NCBI GenBank assembly: GCA_965221655.1
Contig: OZ244906.1
Span: forward strand, 2,608,009 to 2,672,008
DNA: 64,000 nucleotides
Direction of reading: 5' to 3'
From: a bacterium
GTDB lineage: Bacteria; UBA8248
Shown here: piece by piece, positions 29,001 through 38,323 of the stretch
Layout of the letters: each line of letters begins with the position of its first letter
Position numbering within the stretch: the stretch's first letter is position 1
Translations under genes and position numbers: made by a program
Notes under the pieces: model-generated
The model's input: only the letters and a program-made list of their open reading frames with translations
The model's database searches: none
What the model was told of the DNA's origin: nothing

Positions 29001-29191
29001 GGGTGGATGCGCTGCTGGGCGATTTTCTCGCACTGGTCGGGGGTGGAATGTTCTTCCCCACTCCTTCGGATGCCTGCAGGTATTGTGACTACAAGGCCCT
29101 GTGCGGCCCCGACAGGAACGAGCGCTTTGAGCGCAAGAAGACCGCCCTTGAGGCGGGCAGACTCATCGCGTTGCGGGAGGCCGCCCCGTGA
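26015..29191 (+). CDS. addB: AddB/RexB-like helicase-nuclease subunit (PD-(D/E)XK nuclease with a C-terminal Fe-S cysteine cluster)
   Basis: 1058 aa. The C-terminal VVDFKT...CRYCDYKALCG matches the AddB nuclease/Fe-S domain. Its stop overlaps the start of the following UvrD-like gene. Confidence 0.75.
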   Translation: METPMASAPKTLLAAPFHHLEPLLAARVRRLGGGDPLAHRRVVVISNRLRDHVQRVLARAGGFAGVSVLAMLDLAREVADTPVGSLASMSPVVAEVLAEQVLEDARGELAFFRSAARGYGRSLYATLTDLSEANLSPDALEKLARDTSGADAARCADLALLARRFEGAMFARNACDGPLLFRMACEEAEAAPPCVPTIFYGFAEMNALQCRLVAAVSRRAEVHALVPARPEAPACAHAVPLLERFQEMGFVREQVRDCEARPLSAVADALFSRGMRAEPPPEGALRIVLTSSPGREAREVCREMFAARAEAKGADALCVLTTDGNRYQTLFEETCAVLDAPCRTEEPGALSAAPAGRLFLLMLDLKARGYPRAGLMRFLGEGGFARSATFREMTRAHGLENLAEGSLLASRWEFFSRELPYVRGRAAWLAALSSACGELQEEDEEYPVAYSLAVALPEVFGLLEKIPEHAAPSVFAGAAAEAFGATTCDVQGSKQVEELLFSLVHLDDILAEVTHEEFCALCERFLEKTPVRDAERGTAHLASLSSMQGARGFSFDTVAVAGMTEGVFPPRGAEDPLLPDALREEINRAAARVFGEGVATLPLKKIREREARFQLWTILQSVRGRLILSTPGLDEDSAREDASFPSPFFDYLAETLEGSAERVLAPLARSAGAPANYVHTLEYDLARIEEQIEKPEAGSLAYLNAFPGFARRRAALAARWREGVLTAHDGLFASPDLRDAILARVRPPAEAIGVTSLEGFFGCPYRFLYARLYPRMKRREEPAPPLAADGLLRGELAHAVLEALHRRLLEAGCGFQEMDESTLSGALEQAIRTVMHEKTQQTGAPLLLSLPWEALAGELRRRLLDYLKSRRAQGAGWQPVCVEERFGTEAALPMCIPLEGGEISLAGKIDLLERGAQGAYRVVDFKTLGGKGNVPSKNELLSGGARLQLHLYARHLLREGHLPADARVGGVYVYLTEEGTIERARAHEELEEERGRVDALLGDFLALVGGGMFFPTPSDACRYCDYKALCGPDRNERFERKKTALEAGRLIALREAAP

Positions 29192-32100
29192 GCGCGCAGC
29201 CTCTCGATCAGAAAGAAAGGGATGAAGCGGCGCACTGGACGCAAGGCCCCGTTCTGGTGGAGGCGGGTGCGGGTACGGGCAAGACCACCCTGCTTGTCGA
29301 AAGGATGCTCCACCTGATTCTGCACGAGCGCGTGCGCATCGACGAGATAGCCGCCATCACCTTCACCAGAAAGGCGGCCCTGGAGCTCAGGGAGCGGGTG
29401 CGCGCCCGCCTGCTCGAGGCCGTCGGGAGCGAAGAAGACGCCGACGTGCGGCGTCGCCTCGAAGATGCGCTGGAGCATTCCGAATCCGCCAGAATTTCCA
29501 CCATTCACGGCTTCGCCCTTCGCATTCTGCGCGAGGCGTCCGTCGAGGCGGGGCTGCGGCCCGACGTGTCCGACGTGGACTTGCTCGCCTACGAGGCGCG
29601 ACGCGACGCGGCCTGGCGCGACTGGTTGGCCGAGAAGATGAGCGGCGCGCACCCGGCGTTGCGTGATTTTCTCGACTTGGGTTTCGGTGCGGCGGACTTG
29701 GAAAAAATCCGCGACGCTTTGCTCGAACTCCCCGAGTTGCGCGCATCCTTCCCGTGCTCAGCGTGGGTTTCGTGCGAGGAAGAAGCGCATACGTCGATTC
29801 GGCGGAACTTTATGGAATGGGAGTCTTTCGCCCAGGCCCATTGCGTCGACGATACGGACAAGGCGCGTTTGGAGGTAGAAGAGCTGAGAGACTGGTTCGA
29901 TACTCTTGCGGACCTTTCCCGGACGCAGATGCTGCGCGCACTCTGGCAGCCGAGCCGGAAACTGAACAAGCGGGTGGGCAGCGCCGCGAAATGGGGGGAG
30001 ACGAAAGAAGAGGGCGGGAAGATCCTGAAAGACTTTCGCGGCATGTATGATTCTATGCTCGGTAGAGCCGCCGCGATTCTGGGTCAGGGGATTCTCGCGG
30101 AGGTAACGGCCCTCGTCGCCGGCTTTGCCGAATCTTTTGAGAACGAAACCCGCGAGGCGGGTCTTTTGTCCTACAGCGACATGCTGTTTCTGGCGACGCG
30201 GCTCGTTCGGGAAAGCCCCGCCGCGCGGACGCGCATACGCCGCGGCATTCAACATTTTCTGGTGGACGAGTTTCAGGATACCGACCCCTTGCAGGTGGAG
30301 TTGATATTCCTGCTGGCCGGAGAGGAGGATGATGCGCTCGACTGGCGCAAGACGCCCCTGGAAGGAGCGAACCTCTTCCTGGTGGGCGACCCCAAGCAGT
30401 CCATCTACCGGTTTCGGCGGGCGGACATCGCTATCTACCACGAGGTGAAAGAGCGCATCGAACGCCTCGAAAGCGGGCGCGTCCTCTACATTCGGGAGAA
30501 TTTTCGCAGTGGTGCGGGTGTGCTCGATTTCGTGAACGCGGTTTTCTCGCGCGCCATCGTTCCCGAACCCGAGATGCAGCCCGCATACGTCGCCCTCGAG
30601 ACCGGCTCGAAAACAAGAGGGGGCGGGACGTTTCTCATCGAGGAGCGAAAAAACGAAGGAGGTGAAGAAGGAGACGTCCCCAAACCCACTGCTGAGGAGC
30701 GGCGCGCGCATGAGGCCGCCCTCCTCGCCGCCTCCATCCGCGAGTTGGTGAACGTGCGCAGGGTGGAGATTCGTGAAGGGGGCGCGCGCCGTCCGGCCCG
30801 TTACGGAGACGTAGCGGTGCTCTTTCGTACGCGCACGGGTTATTCTGCCTTTGAGGCCGCCTTCAGGAGTGCGAACATCCCCTTCGTGTCGGACGGCGGA
30901 CGGGGTTTTTACGAAAAATTCGAGGTCGGTGCGGTCGTCTCCGTCCTTCTGGCGGTGCTGCGGCCCGCCGATCCGCTGGCGTTGGCCGCCGCCCTGCGCT
31001 CCCCGCTATATGGTTTCTCGGACGAGGACATTGCCCGCTATTTCCTCGAAATCGCGGATGTGCCTGCCGACATGGTAGAGGCCGTTCGGGAGATTCATCT
31101 CTTGCACGAGAAAAGAAAGGATGTGAGCCCCCGTGCGCTTTTGGAGGAAATCTATCGCCGCACCGGGGCGTTCGAGCTTTTTCTCGCATCCTCAGAGGGG
31201 GAGCAGCGTGTCGCCAACCTGTGGAAGCTGCTCGACATGGCCTTCGAGTTCGCAGGCGACGGCAAGCGGGGAGCGGACGACTTCGCCGCGCATGTAGAGG
31301 CACACTACGCACTGGGGCGCGAGGCGAAAGAACCCGAGGCGGTACTGAGTACGGACAAGGCCGAGGCCGTGCGTTTCATGACCATCCACCAGGCCAAGGG
31401 ACTGGAATTTCCCGTGGTCGCCATGGCGGATTTGGAAGGGCGCGACTCGTCGGGATCGACCCTCTGGGTCGCTGACCGCACGAAAGAAACAGTCGACCTG
31501 GGTGTGGGGCCGAAAGGAAGGCGCCTGGTTTCCATGGGCTACGAAGATGCGCTCGCGCGGGAGAAAAAATTCGAAAAAGCGGAAAATGTGCGCCTTTGGT
31601 ACGTCGCCGCGACCAGAACGCGGGACTGGCTGCTTTGGCCGAAGGCGAGCCTGGGGTCGTTTTTGGAAAAAGCAGGCGTGAACGCCCAGGAGGGGGAGGC
31701 GATCGCGCGCATGGCTTCTCCTCTTGCAGTTGAACGGGGTGTGTTCGAGCCCGCCCCGCCCATCCTGCGCGTGCGCGATGCGGCTTTTCACGCAAGCGAC
31801 GCAGGCTCCATGTCCGCACCCGGGGACAGGGAAGAACTCGAAGCGAAGCTTGCGCGCCTGAAAAAGCCGGCGCCCTCCCGTGCGTTTCTCGCTCCCAGCA
31901 GCCTGGTCGAGAAGGGGGTGTTCGACGATGCGGGGCCGGAGGCGGCGGCCGACGGAATCCCCCCCGGAAGCGCGGACGTTCACGCGGGGGGGACGGCATT
32001 CGGAAGGCTCGTGCATTCGATTCTCGCGCGCCTGGAGCCGCCGAGCGTCGCACGCCTCGAGATCCTGCGCGCGGAAAGCCTCGCCCACGCCCGGGCTCTG

Positions 32101-32505
32101 GCCCTGGACGAAGAGGACGCGGCGCATGCAATCTCGTTGATTCGTCGCTCCCTGGAGGGGGGCGTACTGCGGCGTGCTGCCGCCGCCACCAGACGCCTGC
32201 GGGAGTTGCCCTTCATGTTCGAGGTGGAAGGCAGGGCTGTTCGGGGGTTCGTCGATTTGGTATGGGAAGAGAAAGGCGCATTGACTATAGTGGATTTCAA
32301 GACCGACCGCGTAACGGCGGAGGGAGCCCCCCGAAGGGCCGAGCTCTATGCAAACCAGGGGGGAGCCTACGCCATGGGGCTGGAGGCGGCGACGGGTCTC
32401 GCCGTGCGGGAACTGGTGTTCGCCTTCCTGCGCCCCGGAGTGGACGTTCCGCTGCCCGTGGACGATCTTCTCAGGCGAAACGTTCGCGCGGCGGCGGCGA
32501 GGTAG
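29188..32505 (+). CDS. addA: AddA/RecB-like UvrD-family helicase with a C-terminal PD-(D/E)XK nuclease
   Basis: Walker A GAGTGKTT, UvrD helicase motifs, and the C-terminal FVDLVWEEKGALTIVDFKTD nuclease motif. 1105 aa. Confidence 0.85.
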   Translation: MSAQPLDQKERDEAAHWTQGPVLVEAGAGTGKTTLLVERMLHLILHERVRIDEIAAITFTRKAALELRERVRARLLEAVGSEEDADVRRRLEDALEHSESARISTIHGFALRILREASVEAGLRPDVSDVDLLAYEARRDAAWRDWLAEKMSGAHPALRDFLDLGFGAADLEKIRDALLELPELRASFPCSAWVSCEEEAHTSIRRNFMEWESFAQAHCVDDTDKARLEVEELRDWFDTLADLSRTQMLRALWQPSRKLNKRVGSAAKWGETKEEGGKILKDFRGMYDSMLGRAAAILGQGILAEVTALVAGFAESFENETREAGLLSYSDMLFLATRLVRESPAARTRIRRGIQHFLVDEFQDTDPLQVELIFLLAGEEDDALDWRKTPLEGANLFLVGDPKQSIYRFRRADIAIYHEVKERIERLESGRVLYIRENFRSGAGVLDFVNAVFSRAIVPEPEMQPAYVALETGSKTRGGGTFLIEERKNEGGEEGDVPKPTAEERRAHEAALLAASIRELVNVRRVEIREGGARRPARYGDVAVLFRTRTGYSAFEAAFRSANIPFVSDGGRGFYEKFEVGAVVSVLLAVLRPADPLALAAALRSPLYGFSDEDIARYFLEIADVPADMVEAVREIHLLHEKRKDVSPRALLEEIYRRTGAFELFLASSEGEQRVANLWKLLDMAFEFAGDGKRGADDFAAHVEAHYALGREAKEPEAVLSTDKAEAVRFMTIHQAKGLEFPVVAMADLEGRDSSGSTLWVADRTKETVDLGVGPKGRRLVSMGYEDALAREKKFEKAENVRLWYVAATRTRDWLLWPKASLGSFLEKAGVNAQEGEAIARMASPLAVERGVFEPAPPILRVRDAAFHASDAGSMSAPGDREELEAKLARLKKPAPSRAFLAPSSLVEKGVFDDAGPEAAADGIPPGSADVHAGGTAFGRLVHSILARLEPPSVARLEILRAESLAHARALALDEEDAAHAISLIRRSLEGGVLRRAAAATRRLRELPFMFEVEGRAVRGFVDLVWEEKGALTIVDFKTDRVTAEGAPRRAELYANQGGAYAMGLEAATGLAVRELVFAFLRPGVDVPLPVDDLLRRNVRAAAAR

Positions 32506-32549
32506 CGCGCGAGGAGTCGCGGCCCATCCGCAAAGAGGAGGAATCGCAA

Positions 32550-33667
32550 TGAGAGTCTCTTCCGTAGAGGTATTTCGCGTCGACATGCCGATGCGGGACT
32601 ACTTCAAGAACGCGAACCACAACCACAACGTCCAGCCTTGCGTCGTCGTGCGGGTGACTTCGGACGACGGCTTCGAGGGCATCGGGGACGTCGAACCCGT
32701 GGCGGGATACTCCGGGTTGGGGCGCGACGACATCGCCGACGCGGTGGAGGAGAAGCTGGCCCCCGCCCTGCTCGGCGCCGACCCCCGGCGTGCACGCGAG
32801 ATCAACAGTCTGATGGACGAAGCCTGCGAGGGCTACGACGGAGGAAAGGGCGCGCTCTCGCTCGCCCTGGCCGATCTGCACGCGAAATCCCTGGGAATAC
32901 CGCTGCACGAATTGCTGGGCGGAGCGGTGCGGGAGGAGGTGTGCTTCAACGCCTGGATCGGCATCAAAGATCCCGAGGAGGCGGCGCGCGAGGCGCGGGG
33001 TTTTCAGAAACGGGGCTGGGTAGCCTGCAAGGTGAAGATGGGCGGAGACGTGGCGTCCGATGCCGCGCGGGTGCTCGCCGTACGGGAGGCGACGGGAAGC
33101 GACTTCGAGATACGCATCGACGCGAACGAATCCTACGCGCGCGTGGAGGATGCCGTGGCTCTCGCACGGGAAGTGGAGGGAGCCGGCATCGAGCATTTCG
33201 AGCAGCCCGTTCCGAGAGCGGATGTGGAGGGGCTGGCCCGGGTGCGTCGTTCCATAAACATTCCCGTCATGGCGGACGAGTGCGTGTTCGGCCCCGAAAG
33301 CCTGCTGCGCATTATCCGCGCCGAGGCCGCCGACGTCGTGAAGCTCAAGATCATGAAGCAAGGCGGCCCCCTGCGGGTGCGGGACATGGCCGCCACGGCG
33401 GAGGCCGCGGGGCTGAAGCTGGTCATCGGCCACGGGTTTGGCCTCTCTCCCTATACGCTGGGCGAGATTCACGTGGCGTCGACCTCGAAAGTCTTTCTCT
33501 CGGCCATAGAATCCGTCGGCCCCGAAAAAATGCTCGACGACGTGGTGGACCGCCCCCTCGACATGAGCACGGGGCGTTGCGCGGTTCCCCGAACTCCCGG
33601 CCTGGGCGTCACCCTCGACGAGGACAAGGTGGACGCCTATTTGTCCCGGCGTCCGGTCAAGGTATGA
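32550..33667 (+). CDS. enolase-superfamily enzyme, muconate-lactonizing-enzyme subgroup (dipeptide epimerase / N-acylamino-acid racemase-like)
   Basis: The RBS AAAGAGGAGG precedes the ATG at 32550. KxK (CKVKMG), DxN (IDANESY), E (EQP), D (MADE) and a second K (KIMKQGG) give the MLE-subgroup catalytic pattern. Confidence 0.85.
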
Positions 33668-33721
33668 GCGCCGCGAAAATCCTCTGGCCCCGCCGCGTGC
33701 GCGGCCTCTAGGGGGTAGGGG

Positions 33722-35170
33722 GTGGTGGTGTTGTCTCTGCTCCAGGAACCGATTTCGTTGGCCCACCAACTGGCGGCAGCGGGTCTGGGTCTTCTCTTCG
33801 CCGCTGTGCTGTCGTGCGTTCTGGGCGGGGTGCTCTTCGTTCTCATCGCGGCGTTTCAATCCCGGCAGAGCATGGACCCGCGCTGGAGCGACCTCTCCAT
33901 GCGTTGTGTGCGCTTCACCCGAGCGGCGGCGTGGGCGTCGCCACTTTTCGGTCTCGCGTTTTGGGTGGTCGTGATGACCGCCTATCCACGCATGATGGAG
34001 CAGCTCCACTCGATTTTCCTCGCACCTGCCTTGTTGGGTCTGGCGGGTTTCGCCTTGGGCTTTTGCTTTCTCGTGCGCTACGAGTCTTGCCTGAGGGCGA
34101 GGGGCGTCGGGGTCAGGTTTCCTTTCACGTGGGGAATCCTGGCCGCTCTGGGCTTTTGGGGTGCGGCAGCGGTTTTGGTGTCGCTCTGCGCTTTTTCGGC
34201 CGACGCGGGTGCGTGGCCGGCGCAGCCCAGCCTCGTGCGGGCGCTTTGGAACCCCACCTTCCCTGCGACGCTTGTGACGTGGGGGGCCGTTTCCGTATCC
34301 GTTTTCGGGGCCTTCGGTCTCGCTTACGCCGGAGCGCAGCGGGATCGCGCGTGGCGCGTCGTCCTGGTGGAGGCGTGGGCCAGGTGGCAGGTGGCGGCCT
34401 CGGCGGTCGGCGTCCTCGGATGGATGTGGTGGGGCGTTTCGCTGCCCGGAGGTGCCAATCGCACGCTGGTGGTTTGGCTGGCGGTGGGGATCTCGGCAAA
34501 AGTGGCCCTTGGCGTGCTCGCCTGGTGGTGGGGCTTGCGCTCGCCCGCGGGTTCCCAACGCCTCAGCGGATGTGTCGTTTCGGTTCTGGCCGTTTTCCTG
34601 GTGGTGGCGTGCGGGTGGGTTCTCGTGGAGGCGCGCGGGAATTTTCAGATTCGCGGCTACGTCTATCGCAACGGGCTGACGATAGAGGAGGTGGAATCCG
34701 CCCGGATATCGGGCTTGTGGCGCCTTGCGCACCCTGACCGCCCTCTTCCGGGGGAAGAGGAAATCGGTGCGTTCAGCTTCCGCGCGCAGTGCATGACTTG
34801 TCATGCCGACTGGGTGGGGGGCCGCACGCCGGGGTTCGGGGTACGGGGGGAGGCGGCGGCGTTTATCGAGCGAATGGGCGAGGCGCATCCCGCCTATCCC
34901 TTGTTTGCGGGCACGAGCGAGGAACGCCACGCCCTGGCGAATTATATAGAGGGGTTGATCGCCAGGTCGGGCCGTGCGCTCGCACCGCCTCCTGCGCCGC
35001 CCTCCGCGCGACGCGAGCCTGAATCGCCCGGAGACGCGGCTCCGGCAAACGTTCCACGCACGAAAGAGCCCGCGCAGGCCGAGGAGCAGCCCGAGACGAA
35101 GCAGACGAACGCCCCCTTGACCCCCTCCGGCGAGACGCCGCGCCCCTCACGGGAGAAGAATGCTCCATGA
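33722..35170 (+). CDS. polytopic membrane protein with a C-terminal c-type cytochrome domain (CxxCH)
   Basis: About 9 predicted hydrophobic helices followed by FRAQCMTCHADWVGG (a haem-binding CxxCH) and a Pro/Ala-rich tail. The start codon is non-ATG. Confidence 0.55.
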   Translation: MVVLSLLQEPISLAHQLAAAGLGLLFAAVLSCVLGGVLFVLIAAFQSRQSMDPRWSDLSMRCVRFTRAAAWASPLFGLAFWVVVMTAYPRMMEQLHSIFLAPALLGLAGFALGFCFLVRYESCLRARGVGVRFPFTWGILAALGFWGAAAVLVSLCAFSADAGAWPAQPSLVRALWNPTFPATLVTWGAVSVSVFGAFGLAYAGAQRDRAWRVVLVEAWARWQVAASAVGVLGWMWWGVSLPGGANRTLVVWLAVGISAKVALGVLAWWWGLRSPAGSQRLSGCVVSVLAVFLVVACGWVLVEARGNFQIRGYVYRNGLTIEEVESARISGLWRLAHPDRPLPGEEEIGAFSFRAQCMTCHADWVGGRTPGFGVRGEAAAFIERMGEAHPAYPLFAGTSEERHALANYIEGLIARSGRALAPPPAPPSARREPESPGDAAPANVPRTKEPAQAEEQPETKQTNAPLTPSGETPRPSREKNAP

Positions 35171-36165
35171 ACGCCCTGATTGCCCAATGGAGCGATTGGC
35201 TCGTCGTCCTGCTCGGTTGCGCCTTGTGGTTTTCGGGAGGCGTATCCGTCGCCATGCCCTGCTATTGTGCGCATCTCGCGTTCCGGGGAGGCCGGCTGCG
35301 CGATGCGGAAGACCTCGCTTGGGCGCGCCGCCTCGCCCGCCTGTGCAGGGAGTGCCTTGCGCCTGTGTTTTTCGTTGGGGCGGCTCTCGTGCTGCTTGCG
35401 TCCGTGGCGCAGCCCGGTGTGTTTTTCGCCTCGTTGCGGCGGCTGGTTCTGCCTCTGGGGGCGTCGTTCGTCCTGCTGGGCGGCTACGTGATTTTGGTGC
35501 GCGCGTATGAAAGAAGCGCCGAGAAGGGGAGCAGACGCCAGTTCGCGCACCTGATGATGATGCCTGCGGGCCTGCTGGCGGCGGCGTGCGCCGGGCTGGT
35601 GTGGCTGTTCGTACTCTGCAATCTCGACCCGACCCTTCTCCAGGGCGAGGGGGCGTGGAGTCTGCGGATGTGGGAGCGCTCCGCCCTTTGGTGGACGGCG
35701 GCGTATTTTTATGCGTCGGCGTTCTTCTCGGGTGGTCTGGTCCTCATGATAGCGGGGGGAAGAGCTTTCCGGTGGGAGAGCCGCGTTCGGGCGTCGAGCG
35801 GCGCACGGCTGGTCGTGCTGGGTGCGGGCTTCTCCTTGTGTTTTCTGGTGATTCAGGTTGCAATGGCGGGCGGCTGGCTTTTGTGGCGAGGTACTGACGT
35901 CGCGCGCGAGATGACCGCGGCGGGGGGGGGAGCATTCGTCGCGTCGTGCGGCGTCGGTTTCCTCTGCGTCGTCTTGCTCTTCGAGACGCTGCTCGGCGCG
36001 CTGCGCCGCAGCGGTAACGCGCACAGGGCGGGGGTGGTCGCCATCGTTTTGCTTCTGGTCCTGGCGGGCTCCGTGGTCTCGGCGCGATGGGCGTTGTGGC
36101 AAGGCGGTTTTCCGCTCACCGGGCCGGAGGCTGTTTCTGCGGAGACGAAAGGGTCGCTTCGTTGA
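35167..36165 (+). CDS. integral membrane protein, unknown function
   Basis: Multiple hydrophobic segments. Its start overlaps the upstream stop (ATGA) and its end overlaps the start of the amidohydrolase gene. Confidence 0.5.
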   Translation: MNALIAQWSDWLVVLLGCALWFSGGVSVAMPCYCAHLAFRGGRLRDAEDLAWARRLARLCRECLAPVFFVGAALVLLASVAQPGVFFASLRRLVLPLGASFVLLGGYVILVRAYERSAEKGSRRQFAHLMMMPAGLLAAACAGLVWLFVLCNLDPTLLQGEGAWSLRMWERSALWWTAAYFYASAFFSGGLVLMIAGGRAFRWESRVRASSGARLVVLGAGFSLCFLVIQVAMAGGWLLWRGTDVAREMTAAGGGAFVASCGVGFLCVVLLFETLLGALRRSGNAHRAGVVAIVLLLVLAGSVVSARWALWQGGFPLTGPEAVSAETKGSLR

Positions 36166-37115
36166 TCATAGACGTTTGCAGTTTCTTGCCCGTGGCGGAG
36201 TCCTACCGGGCCCGCCTACTGGGGTGGGCCTCGATTCCCGGCTATTTCCGCATGTTCTCAAAGGGTCTGAGCGCGTTTTGCGGCGTGGAGGAGGCGGAGT
36301 TTCGCCGCCGGGCGGTGGATACGACGCCCGGGGAAATGCAGGCTTTCGTGGATGAGGTGTCGGCGCGACTCGGCGAGCCGGTTTCTAAGTTCGTGGCGGC
36401 ACTCGACGAGGCGGGCTACGACAAGGCGGTCGTCTTCAGCATCGACCAGCAGAGTACGACCGGCGTTTCGCCCCTTGATCCCGAAGTCCTGGCCGCCGCG
36501 GTGGACGCCTACCCACAGCGTATTGCGGCCTTCCAAGGCGTGGATCCCCACAAGGACGACGCGGCTGCGACGCTTGAGCGCGGTGTGCGCGAACTCGGAC
36601 TGCACGGGACTTTGCTCGTTCCTTTCCTGCACGGCGCACCCGCGGATTCCCCCGTCTACCGGCCCGTCTACCGCAAGTGTCTCGAGCTGGGCGTTCCCGT
36701 GTGGATTCACACCTCGGTCAACTGGGCGCCCGCGCACCCCATGGAGCTCGGAAGGCCTCTGGCTCTCGATCGCCTCTGCGGCGAGATGCCCGATTTGAAG
36801 GTCATCGCGGGCCACGGGGGGTGGCCCTGGGTGCCGGAGATGGTCGCCGCCGCCTGGCGGCACCCCAACCTCTACGTAGACCCCTCCGGCCACCGGTGGA
36901 AGTATTTCACCACGCCCCATTCGGGCTGGGAGATGCTTCTTCACTTCGGAAACTCCACGATACAGGACAAAATTCTGTTCGGAACCGACTGGCCGCTTTT
37001 GCCGATATCGCTCGCGGAGATTCTCGCAGAGGCGCGCGCCCTGCCCCTCAAGCCTTCCGTTATGGAAAAATGGCTGGGCAAGAACGCGGCTCGCTTACTG
37101 GGGGCAGACGAATGA
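36162..37115 (+). CDS. amidohydrolase-2 family protein (ACMSD-like metal-dependent hydrolase/decarboxylase)
   Basis: The IDVCSF start, HxH-like motif and D...H..H metal ligands, and a C-terminal DWPL pattern are typical of PF04909. Start placed at the TTG at 36162. Confidence 0.7.
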   Translation: MIIDVCSFLPVAESYRARLLGWASIPGYFRMFSKGLSAFCGVEEAEFRRRAVDTTPGEMQAFVDEVSARLGEPVSKFVAALDEAGYDKAVVFSIDQQSTTGVSPLDPEVLAAAVDAYPQRIAAFQGVDPHKDDAAATLERGVRELGLHGTLLVPFLHGAPADSPVYRPVYRKCLELGVPVWIHTSVNWAPAHPMELGRPLALDRLCGEMPDLKVIAGHGGWPWVPEMVAAAWRHPNLYVDPSGHRWKYFTTPHSGWEMLLHFGNSTIQDKILFGTDWPLLPISLAEILAEARALPLKPSVMEKWLGKNAARLLGADE

Positions 37116-38320
37116 GGGAAGATACCCACGGCTGGCGTTTCATACTCGCTGGAGCCTGCCTCGTCATTCTGGCCGTTTTCGGTTCGTTGGTGTCGACGAG
37201 TGGCCTCATCGGCTTTATCCGAGAGGATATGGGGCTCTCCTACGGGGCGGGTGGCTTCCTGCTCTCCGCCCCGTTTCCGCTCATCGCCTTCTTCGCGGTG
37301 GCGGGCGGCAGGCTGGTCGACCGACTGGGCGTCAAGAAGATGGTGGCGGCGGGTGTTTTCTTCACCCTGCTGGGCGGCGTGATTCGCTTCTCCAGCGGAG
37401 ACTTCTGGTCGCTTGCAGCGGGCATCGTGCTCGTGGGCGTGGGTACGGGGCTGGTCTTTCCCGCCATACCCAAGGTGGTGGGCACCATCGTCCCCCCTGC
37501 ACACAAGGATTTTGGTTCCGCCATGTATACGGCTTCGGTCATCGCCGGTTCGGGCTTGGGCATCGCCGTCTCGCACTATATGGCGCAGGCCGCGGCGGTT
37601 TTGCCCTCCGCGTGGGGCGGGAGTGTCTGGCGCGGCGGCTACTTGATGTGGGTGCTCGTTTTGGGGCTGGCTTTTCTCGTCTGGTGCAGAAGCGCCCGCT
37701 CGATCCCGGCGCGCGTCGAACCCGAGGGGAGGCCGCCGGCGAGCAACGCGGTCTACCGGCTCATCGCCGTCTGGGCGATCGCTGGTTCCCTGTTCGTCGA
37801 CAACATCGTTTTCTATACCAGCCTCGGCTGGCTGCCCACGGTTCTGACCGACCGGGGCTGGACGCAGGCGAGCGCCGTCGCCATTGTCTCGTGCGTGCCC
37901 TGGCTGGGGCTCGTCGCTTCCCTCACGGCCTACAAGGTGGCTTCCGCACTCGGCGGTGAAAGAAAGACGGTGCTTCTGTGCGGGCTGTGCACGGCCGGTG
38001 CTCTCGCCGCGGCTCCTGCGGGCAATGCGTGGCTCGCGGCGCTGGGGACCGTGATGTTGGGGCTGACCACGAACTACTGGTTTTTGTTCTGCCTGGCCTA
38101 TCCCGCGCAATACGTGGAGGAGGATCAAGTGGGCCAGGCGGCCGGGTTGATTATCGGCATGGGCTATCTGGGCGGCTTCGTAGGTCCCTGGGCAATCGGC
38201 ATGATACGCGATGCGTTCGGCTCCTTCGGACCGGGCTTCTACGCACTGGCGGCCCTTTCGGTGCTGGGGATGTTCTGCGCCCCGTTCTTCGGCAAAAACG
38301 CCGACCCGAACACGAGGTAA
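37112..38320 (+). CDS. MFS transporter
   Basis: 12 predicted TM helices and a G..GRLVDRLG-type MFS motif between TM2 and TM3. Its ATG overlaps the upstream stop. Confidence 0.8.
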   Translation: MREDTHGWRFILAGACLVILAVFGSLVSTSGLIGFIREDMGLSYGAGGFLLSAPFPLIAFFAVAGGRLVDRLGVKKMVAAGVFFTLLGGVIRFSSGDFWSLAAGIVLVGVGTGLVFPAIPKVVGTIVPPAHKDFGSAMYTASVIAGSGLGIAVSHYMAQAAAVLPSAWGGSVWRGGYLMWVLVLGLAFLVWCRSARSIPARVEPEGRPPASNAVYRLIAVWAIAGSLFVDNIVFYTSLGWLPTVLTDRGWTQASAVAIVSCVPWLGLVASLTAYKVASALGGERKTVLLCGLCTAGALAAAPAGNAWLAALGTVMLGLTTNYWFLFCLAYPAQYVEEDQVGQAAGLIIGMGYLGGFVGPWAIGMIRDAFGSFGPGFYALAALSVLGMFCAPFFGKNADPNTR

Positions 38321-38323
38321 AAC

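Noticed and set aside
32471-34930. 819-aa minus-strand ORF
   Set aside because: Antisense to the enolase-superfamily and membrane cytochrome genes. Highly Arg/Pro/Gly-rich with no motifs.
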